IMG/VR virus record: IMGVR_UViG_3300037247_001096
Location: 9,134-73,133 of that record
Source of the DNA: a virus
Strand: one strand, 5' to 3'
DNA length: 64,000 nt
Part shown: in pieces, positions 10,261 to 16,626 of the stretch
Layout of the letters: the number at the start of each line of letters is the position of its first letter
How positions within the stretch are numbered: position 1 is the first letter of the stretch
Translations under genes and position numbers: made by a program
Notes under the pieces: generated by a model
Told to the model about the DNA's origin: nothing
The model's database searches: none
The model's input: the letters and a program-made list of their open reading frames with translations, nothing else

Positions 10261-10749
10261 TTAGAATAGTCCCATACGTTCTTGTGCTTGTGCCTGAGCG
10301 CGAGTCATTCCAGGAGCCACGGTCTTCGCCCCTACCCTGCGCTGAGCCTCCGCTGCGGCCCTACTCACACCAGGCTGCCCCCGTAGTTCCTGCTGCTGCT
10401 GTATCCTACTCTGGGCCTCAAACTGCGACCGGGACGTGCCTCGCGGAAGGAACTGTTCGCGGAACGCTGCCTGTTGCTTCCTAATCCGCTGCCGCCCAGT
10501 TAAGGCCGCCTCACGGAACTGCGCCGGGCGCTGCTGCAAAGCCGCTGCGAAAGGATCAGGGAGACCTAAAGCCCCGGCCGTCACAGTTGTTTGGCCCGCC
10601 CCCACAGTAGCCTTCGAGAGGGCGCCAACACCACCCAAGAACTGCTGCCGGGTAATACGCCCAGCCGCCATCTCCTGAGCTAGTCTACGCTCGGCTCCAC
10701 GCTGAGTCAACGAAACTGGAGGTCTTGGCCGACGTGTCCCATGTGGCAT
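10261..10749 (-). CDS. Arg/Gln/Ala-rich basic protein (tandem paralog 1)
   Basis: GGAGG RBS. The N-terminal ~60 aa are very similar to 10764..11159 (LTQRGAERRLAQEMAAGRIT). Confidence 0.75.
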   Translation of the reverse strand: MPHGTRRPRPPVSLTQRGAERRLAQEMAAGRITRQQFLGGVGALSKATVGAGQTTVTAGALGLPDPFAAALQQRPAQFREAALTGRQRIRKQQAAFREQFLPRGTSRSQFEAQSRIQQQQELRGQPGVSRAAAEAQRRVGAKTVAPGMTRAQAQAQERMGLF

Positions 10750-10763
10750 ATCTACGCCTCCTC

Positions 10764-11159
10764 CTAGAACCCCAGCGTCAACCGTCGGCGCAGCTCAGCC
10801 AGCCGTCGGCGCCTATCGCCCATCGGCGTTCCTCGTGGTCGACCGGGGGTAGGCGGTGGCGGTTGCTGAGGGCGTTGCCCAGGCGTACGCCGCCTAGCCC
10901 CACGGAGGGGCTGCATCCGGCGCTGAAGGACGCCGCTCAGATGAGCGGCCTGCCGCGCGGTGGGAGTGCCCCCAAGGCCCAGCTCAGAGGCCATCACCGT
11001 TGTTCGGCCCGCCCCTATAGTGGCTTTTGAAAGAGCGCCAGCACCTGCTTTGAACTGCTGAGCAGTAATGCGTCCCGCTGCCATCTCCTGAGCCAGCCTC
11101 CGCTCGGCTCCACGCTGAGTCAGAGTCGGGGCTCGTGAGCGTCGTGTCTCATTAGGCAT
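10764..11159 (-). CDS. Arg/Pro-rich basic protein (tandem paralog 2)
   Basis: Shares the LTQRGAERRLAQEMAAGRIT.QQF..G.GALSKAT.GAG.TTV motif. Confidence 0.75.
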   Translation of the reverse strand: MPNETRRSRAPTLTQRGAERRLAQEMAAGRITAQQFKAGAGALSKATIGAGRTTVMASELGLGGTPTARQAAHLSGVLQRRMQPLRGARRRTPGQRPQQPPPPTPGRPRGTPMGDRRRRLAELRRRLTLGF

Positions 11160-11164
11160 GGTTA

Positions 11165-11380
11165 CTACTTCCCTCGCTTCCCACAGAGAGCGCCAAACGC
11201 GCCCTTCTGCTTCGGTGTCATGGGCTCGCCCCCAATTTCCCCATGGCGCATGATCTCACATGCCTTATGGGGCGACATGCCTTTGATGACGTGTCGGCGC
11301 TTACGGTTCAATACCTGCCGCTTCTTACTTGATTCGGGCACAGAGGTCGAACTCCTTAGTGTGTCGGTCGTCCCTGCCAA
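11165..11380 (-). CDS. Small basic protein
   Basis: 71-aa ORF abutting both neighbours, with a TPKQKGAFGA tail. Confidence 0.6.
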   Translation of the reverse strand: MAGTTDTLRSSTSVPESSKKRQVLNRKRRHVIKGMSPHKACEIMRHGEIGGEPMTPKQKGAFGALCGKRGK

Positions 11381-11833
11381 CTATCCGCCTCTCGCGGCCT
11401 CTGCCGGCTCAGGGGTCGGAGGAGCGGTCGGGCCAGGCACCTTCCCGATTTCCGGCTCTGGCATCGCCTTTCGAGCCAGCAGTACCCGCAGGTCACCAAT
11501 CTGCCCCTTGAGGGCACCTATCTTCCGATCAAACTCCTCGTCCTGGCGCCGGTTCTCCATCTGCTCTTCATAAGGCGGCGTGTAGGACTTCTTCGGCCGG
11601 CCCCCCAGTGGAGAGGGTGACCGGTACATCTTGGCGTACAACTCACTCTGCTGGTTCCGCAGGTCGTTCAGCTCCCGGATGAGCTTCTGGAGGAACTCCG
11701 GCGTCTGCTGCGCGTGGTCGGCTGGAACGGGCGGGTTCGCCGTCCCCGTCGCTTGCGCGGCGGGAGTCTGCACGTTTAGGTCTTGGGCGGGCGTGGAAAT
11801 CTGGGCACCCTGGTGGTCGTAGGAACATGGCAT
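11381..11833 (-). CDS. Coiled-coil hypothetical protein
   Basis: Probable start MPCSYDHQ after AAGGAG, with two heptad segments. Confidence 0.6.
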   Translation of the reverse strand: MPCSYDHQGAQISTPAQDLNVQTPAAQATGTANPPVPADHAQQTPEFLQKLIRELNDLRNQQSELYAKMYRSPSPLGGRPKKSYTPPYEEQMENRRQDEEFDRKIGALKGQIGDLRVLLARKAMPEPEIGKVPGPTAPPTPEPAEAARGG

Positions 11834-11837
11834 GAGG

Positions 11838-12209
11838 CTACTCCTTATCTGACAGCGCCCTAAGCACCACCAAGAATACCCGGTCGGCAGCCTCACCAGC
11901 GGAGAGCGACAGTCGAAGCTGGGCACCAACAAGTGGTGAGATACTCTGAGGTACTTGAAGCCACTCGTCCACAGCGACATTCTCCCACCACGTAATCGCG
12001 GCACCGGCATTCGTCAGTGGTGTATAAAATGTACCCATCCCCGGGTCGATCTGGGGAGTGATGTCATTCGCTGAATCGTCGAGCGCCGCCGGGGTGATGA
12101 TCCCCAACACCTCATAGCCGGCAATGCTAATCACGTCAGTGAGGTCATCATCCTGCAAAACGGTCACTGTGACGCGTTTGAAAGTGTAACTCGCAAGAGA
12201 CATAGGCAC
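11838..12209 (-). CDS. Beta-rich putative structural protein
   Basis: 123 aa with a GGAGG RBS and its own consensus promoter. Confidence 0.65.
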   Translation of the reverse strand: MPMSLASYTFKRVTVTVLQDDDLTDVISIAGYEVLGIITPAALDDSANDITPQIDPGMGTFYTPLTNAGAAITWWENVAVDEWLQVPQSISPLVGAQLRLSLSAGEAADRVFLVVLRALSDKE

Positions 12210-12223
12210 TATCCTCCATCTGT

Positions 12224-12253
12224 ATTATAGATGGTTGGGAAATGGCGTGTCAA
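12224..12253 (-). promoter_or_regulatory. Consensus sigma70-type promoter TTGACA-18-TATAAT
   Basis: Perfect hexamers on the minus strand, upstream of the RBS of 11838..12209. Confidence 0.8.
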
Positions 12254-12262
12254 GCACCCAAC

Positions 12263-12604
12263 CTACCGACTGGTTTGTTGCGCTTGCTTCTTACCCGGCG
12301 CCCCCACATCTAATACCCGGCTGATGCGGTCAGTGAGGGTGACGATCATATTAGCCACCTGCTGCTCGGAGATGCCCAGGAACTTCGCAGTGCGGCGAAT
12401 ACCGGTCTCAGTCGCTTTATAGGCCCGCTCAGCCAGGGCCTGACGGAGTTGCGCCCTCTCTTGGGCTTCCGGCCGGGCGTGCACTGGTACCTTCTCCTTC
12501 TCGGGCACTTCTTGTGGTACCGGTTCCGGCATGGGTAGTGTCTTCGGCATGATGCGAGGCTTCCCCACCTCTTCTACAAGCGGGCGGCCTATTTTATGAC
12601 CCAC
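12263..12604 (-). CDS. Hypothetical protein
   Basis: 113-aa ORF overlapping the upstream stop, with a GGAGG RBS. Confidence 0.55.
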   Translation of the reverse strand: MGHKIGRPLVEEVGKPRIMPKTLPMPEPVPQEVPEKEKVPVHARPEAQERAQLRQALAERAYKATETGIRRTAKFLGISEQQVANMIVTLTDRISRVLDVGAPGKKQAQQTSR

Positions 12605-13334
12605 CTAGAGCCTCCTTCCAATCCCGGTCGCGCTCCTGCTGACGGTACCCGGCACCAAACCAATTCCTTTTCATCTCGTCAGTAATCTCCTGGGGTTCCC
12701 TCCAGCCATTGATTTCCAGACACACGGGGCACCCTCTAAGGTCTTCTTTGTCCAGGACGGGGACACCCAGACTCAGGGCAATCTCCTCCAAGACCTCCTT
12801 CTGGTCGCGTACCACCGCCATCTGCGCAGGAATGCCGTAGTACCCCGCATACCCCCCCAGGTAAGGGATGGCAGCGACCTGCCGGCCCTGCGCCTGGTCG
12901 TGACGCTCAATCGGGAGGTACACCTTCTGGTCGGCTACAGCAGGCGCCAGGAAGTAATCAACAGAATACTGCGTCGTGCGCCCTCCATTCTTATGGAGCA
13001 TAGTACGCTCCAGGCAGGTGACATGCGCATAAGCATTGTTTACGCTCACCCAAGCATCCTCAAAGGTTCGGTAAAAGTAACTTCCGCACGTACAATCCCA
13101 GTCCGGCGCCGGGCTTTCATGAGGGACGGCCGGCCCCTCCTTTTTATCCCGAGCCTTCAACCGCTCCCGCGCCGTCTCCGTCATCCACAGGGCGCCAGAA
13201 ATACCCCTGCACTCTGCTGCCTTCTGCACCCGGGTGTGTAAGCGCATCCCCGCCTGACCGACAAGGACAGGGTAGCCTGTCTTAGAGCAGCTAGAGAAGC
13301 TAAAGACTCTTATCCCATGAATCCAGGCGGACAT
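12594..13334 (-). CDS. Hypothetical protein with an H..P...CTCG.Y motif
   Basis: 246-aa ORF with a GAGGG RBS. Confidence 0.65.
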   Translation of the reverse strand: MSAWIHGIRVFSFSSCSKTGYPVLVGQAGMRLHTRVQKAAECRGISGALWMTETARERLKARDKKEGPAVPHESPAPDWDCTCGSYFYRTFEDAWVSVNNAYAHVTCLERTMLHKNGGRTTQYSVDYFLAPAVADQKVYLPIERHDQAQGRQVAAIPYLGGYAGYYGIPAQMAVVRDQKEVLEEIALSLGVPVLDKEDLRGCPVCLEINGWREPQEITDEMKRNWFGAGYRQQERDRDWKEALGGS

Positions 13335-13349
13335 TACACCCTCAGTATA

Positions 13350-13790
13350 CTACAAATCCCACGCTTTGTCTCCGGCGTCCATACGCATTCGCCATATCCA
13401 CATCGCGGGGAGCTCCACCAAGGACTCTTCAAGGTCAGCGAACGCTTGGTCGCGGCTGACACCTCGTGCTTTCAAGTACCGTGCAACTGGGCTGAAAAGG
13501 AGGACGTGGAGAATCTCGTGTACCGCTATCTCACCGATGCCTTCCGAGTCGGCCTGGTCGACCCACGACCGCTTGAACATGATGTCGATATTACGGTAGG
13601 GATAGTCCTCATCAATACTCGCCACACCTCCCGGGCGGTGAATAGCTCTCTTATCCTCAGAGAGGTCGTCGACAAAGGCGATGGTGACACGGTATTGCTG
13701 GAGGAGGCCAAACCACATGAGGATTGGCTTGATTACCTCCTGCACCTTCTTATGCCGGTCATCGTCCGTCGGGGGCTTCGCTTTGCCCAC
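13350..13790 (-). CDS. Putative zincin metallopeptidase (HExxH)
   Basis: GGAGGTGCATCC-GTG start. Contains the IAVHEILHV motif and downstream EE. Confidence 0.65.
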   Translation of the reverse strand: MGKAKPPTDDDRHKKVQEVIKPILMWFGLLQQYRVTIAFVDDLSEDKRAIHRPGGVASIDEDYPYRNIDIMFKRSWVDQADSEGIGEIAVHEILHVLLFSPVARYLKARGVSRDQAFADLEESLVELPAMWIWRMRMDAGDKAWDL

Positions 13791-13801
13791 GGATGCACCT
13801 C

Positions 13802-14371
13802 CTAGAAGTCTATACGGCCCTTGAGCCGGCGGCCGAGCCTCCTCATTTTCTCTCGGGCTTGGCGCTGCTGGGCCGGACGGCCCGTCTGCGCGACCTTTTT
13901 CAAGTGGGGGGTCTGGAATCCTGGTTCTGGGCCGGACGGCCCCCCTCCTGGCCCACGTGTCTCCATACGCCAACGTGTCTCCTTACGCAGCGCCCTTTGT
14001 ACTCGGCGTTCGACGGGCTCCTTCTGTACCCGCACAGCCTGTTGCACCTGCAAACGTGTCAGACCCCCCAGCATAGCCCCCGTCGTCCGCAGCGCCGGAT
14101 GGCCGGCACCAAGGTGGTGGGCCACCTCGTGACGGGCAGTGCCTCTTATCTCACTTGGAAGTACCAGGCGCCCCTCCTTAGTAGTAGCGAAAGTGATACT
14201 GGGGTGCGTAGAAAGAGCTATGTACCCCGGCGTCTGCTTCAGGGTAGGCCGTGTAACTGTCCCCGGCCTCTGGCGGGCCGGGAGCTCACTCAGTGCCTTG
14301 CGAGTCGCCTTCTGCGCCATGCGAACAGACTGTCGACGGGCTATTGCACGAAGTCGTTTAGCGTCAGCCAT
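13802..14371 (-). CDS. Highly basic protein with a metzincin-type HExxHxxGxxH motif
   Basis: HEVAHHLGAGH, with an AGGAG RBS. Confidence 0.65.
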   Translation of the reverse strand: MADAKRLRAIARRQSVRMAQKATRKALSELPARQRPGTVTRPTLKQTPGYIALSTHPSITFATTKEGRLVLPSEIRGTARHEVAHHLGAGHPALRTTGAMLGGLTRLQVQQAVRVQKEPVERRVQRALRKETRWRMETRGPGGGPSGPEPGFQTPHLKKVAQTGRPAQQRQAREKMRRLGRRLKGRIDF

Positions 14372-14378
14372 CTTACTC

Positions 14379-14567
14379 CTATTCTACCGCAACCGGCTCC
14401 GGCACGTCAACGGCCGAGCACTGATCGCAGCGGGCCTCTACTGCCTCCAGCTCCTCATCAAGCTGAGTATGGACTAACCCCGTCTGACAGGTCTCGCAGG
14501 ACACCGGAGGGACGACACAGGCGTCGCACTCAGCATTGCCCTCTTCGTGGTAATCGAACCAATTCAT
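14379..14567 (-). CDS. Small acidic zinc-finger protein
   Basis: Three CxxC pairs. Promoter TTGCGC-18-TATAGT lies at 14606..14577. Confidence 0.6.
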   Translation of the reverse strand: MNWFDYHEEGNAECDACVVPPVSCETCQTGLVHTQLDEELEAVEARCDQCSAVDVPEPVAVE

Positions 14568-14588
14568 CGCATCCACACTATAACAACA

Positions 14589-14890
14589 GTGGGAGGACTT
14601 GCGCAAGTCCTCCCACGTTAGCCTAGGGTTGCCCGTCGACCACACCTAGGGGGGCGAGCCGGCTTGTCCCGGGGAAGCTACCGCCCGGGGTTTTAGTCGG
14701 GGGCTCAATCACCGACCGCCGGCGCATCCTTGCCAACAGAAACCCGTAGGCCCCTGTCGACCTACCGTGGCTTACGCGACGGTAGGGGGGCGCATAGCCC
14801 CGGCAATGCAGCTCCGCTACATGCCGGGGAAGAACACATGGAGGCGGTGCTCGCCGGCTAGCTACTCCGGGTCAACGCACCACTCCTCCA
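14589..14890 (-). ncRNA. Candidate ~300-nt structured noncoding RNA
   Basis: Six consecutive hairpins or junctions with G-U pairs on the minus strand and a GUAA tetraloop. There is a promoter immediately upstream and a terminal hairpin followed by UGUUGUU. Confidence 0.6.
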
Positions 14891-14895
14891 CCTTC

Positions 14896-14936
14896 ACTAT
14901 ATCGGGTTGACATCGCCGGCGCAAGTCCCTTACACT
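14896..14936. promoter_or_regulatory. Overlapping divergent promoters
   Basis: Plus strand: TTGACA(14907)-18-TACACT(14931). Minus strand: TTGCGC(14924)-17-TATAGT(14901). Confidence 0.7.
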
Positions 14937-14953
14937 AAGAAAGGAGGTACATC

Positions 14954-15142
14954 GTGAGCATCCAGACCTATCACTGCGACCACTGTAACGCCGACTTCGT
15001 GAAAAGCGTTCCTGTTAATGAAGACGTGCCTAAGAGCGCACTATGCCCCAAGGGACACCCGAGCTCCTGGAAGCCCCCCACTGGCGTCCACTTCACCGTA
15101 GAGGGTGGCACCGGCGCCGCCAAAGGAGGAAGAGACCGATGA
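14954..15142 (+). CDS. FmdB-like zinc-ribbon protein
   Basis: TYHCDHC...CPKGH...F pattern with an AAGGAGGT RBS. Confidence 0.7.
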   Translation: MSIQTYHCDHCNADFVKSVPVNEDVPKSALCPKGHPSSWKPPTGVHFTVEGGTGAAKGGRDR

Positions 15143-16091
15143 ACAAGCTCCTATTCTGCCCTCACTGCATGGTCGAGCTTACACCCGTACTAACGGCACC
15201 CCAGATGGAATGCCCCTCGTGTGGCACTTGCTACCCACCTTACCAGTGTGGTTCGAGCAACATGCCCGGTGCCCGTTGCCAGCTCCCAGGGCGGCACCTG
15301 GGGACACATATCTGGGACAAGCTAGGAGGAAGAGACCGATGAATAACACTCGGTACAGCGAGGAAATCCCCGGTAGTCGTGGCAACTACGATTGGGGGGT
15401 GCGATTTGACCGCCACAACGGATACCTAGGCATCAACCAGTGGAATGACGAGGGCCTAGAGCGCATCCTCCTATCGCCAAAGCAGGTGAAGGCCCTCCTG
15501 GAGTTCATAGGGGCGGAGAAGGCGAGGGCACCCACAGCGTGCTACTGCTGCCGCGATGAGTGCACCTATGATGGATGCCTCTGTGAGCTACACGCGGGGA
15601 GAGCAGTAGAAGATGAGTAGACACCCCTGGAGAGAATGGTACTGGCGCGACCGTGTGCGGGGGTTCGCCCCCACCCCCTTCGCCCGAAAAAGCCCCCGCA
15701 AAACCGACAGGAGCGTCGTCGTCTACTTCGACGCGGAACTTGCCTACCGCCTCTTCGGAGGTGACCTCATGGCCGAAGGCAATTGGGCGCCCGGAGGTAG
15801 AGTAACACCAAGGAGCCTATACCGATGAGAACACATAAAGACTGCGATCACGGGCCGGGAGCGGCCTGGGTGCTAGACCCCACACGCCAGTGGTTCACCC
15901 GCTGCGACGCCTGTAACCGCTTCAGGCTCTGGGGGGACTACTTCGAGGTGTACGATTGGGAACCCGCAACCTGCGGGTGGTGGGAATGCGAGCAGTGCCT
16001 ACTCAAGACCGTTACGGCCTGGGGAGAGAAGCAAGCCGAGCTCGCTCCACGGCAGGTGACCGGCTTCACCACGGGCCCCGAAGGGTTTTAA
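15139..16091 (+). CDS. Four translationally coupled small hypothetical genes (15139..15342, 15339..15620, 15613..15828, 15825..16091), mostly Cys-rich
   Basis: Start/stop overlaps (mostly ATGA), RBSs and CxxC motifs. Confidence 0.65.
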
Positions 16092-16365
16092 TGCCCATCT
16101 GCGCTGGCACCTGTGTCAAGCCACCAAAACCGGTTCCAGAGCTCCTACTGAACCGCCTAAGCCGGTACTCGGTGGTCTGTAGCGCCGATTTTCCTTATTT
16201 TTGTTCCATTCTCTCACCAGGATTGGCGTCAAACCACCACATCACACCAACACCATACCAACGTCACCGTCCAGCAACACACCGTAACCCATCACAACCG
16301 TCCAAGACCGAGCCTGCCAGCGCCCACCAGTCCATCCCTACACGCGCGAGAGGGCGAAACCTATA

Positions 16366-16476
16366 GTAGCCTACAACCCATTAGCATAAACCCTAGGTGA
16401 CACACAACGGGTTTACGGGCCTAGCGCCATGAATAACCCCTGTCACTCACAACCCATTGTAACCTACAGGGGGTTT
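16366..16476. repeat. Iteron-like repeat cluster A (TGTA[A/G]CCTACA / ACAACCCATT / AATAACCCCTGT)
   Basis: The same words recur at 26265..26523. Lies in an ~530-bp noncoding region with a C/A-skewed tract. Confidence 0.65.
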
Positions 16477-16576
16477 TAGGTGCACATCGTCTACCCCCTG
16501 CGCACATCTAACTCTTACCTTCACGTCAAGGTCTGAAATTGACCAGAAAATAGGTCGAGAAAGGGCTTGACAGGGA

Positions 16577-16604
16577 TTCAGAAGTATGCGATGATGCCGA
16601 TACT
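16577..16604 (+). promoter_or_regulatory. Early promoter motif TTCAGA-N16-GATACT, copy 1
   Basis: TTCAGA agtatgcgatgatgcc GATACT, followed by an RBS and ATG 16627. Confidence 0.7.
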
Positions 16605-16626
16605 GAGACTAGGAAGGGTTAATGCC

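Noticed and set aside
3-14626. Numerous plus-strand ORFs in the track over the left arm, and likewise over 52-64 kb
   Set aside because: They are antisense shadows of coherent minus-strand genes in high-GC DNA, with no RBSs or motifs.
14646-14892. Plus-strand GGGGGCGA...CTCCACC read as a full tmRNA
   Set aside because: There is no T-arm (TTCRA) or CCA, and the G-U pairs and promoter favour a minus-strand RNA.
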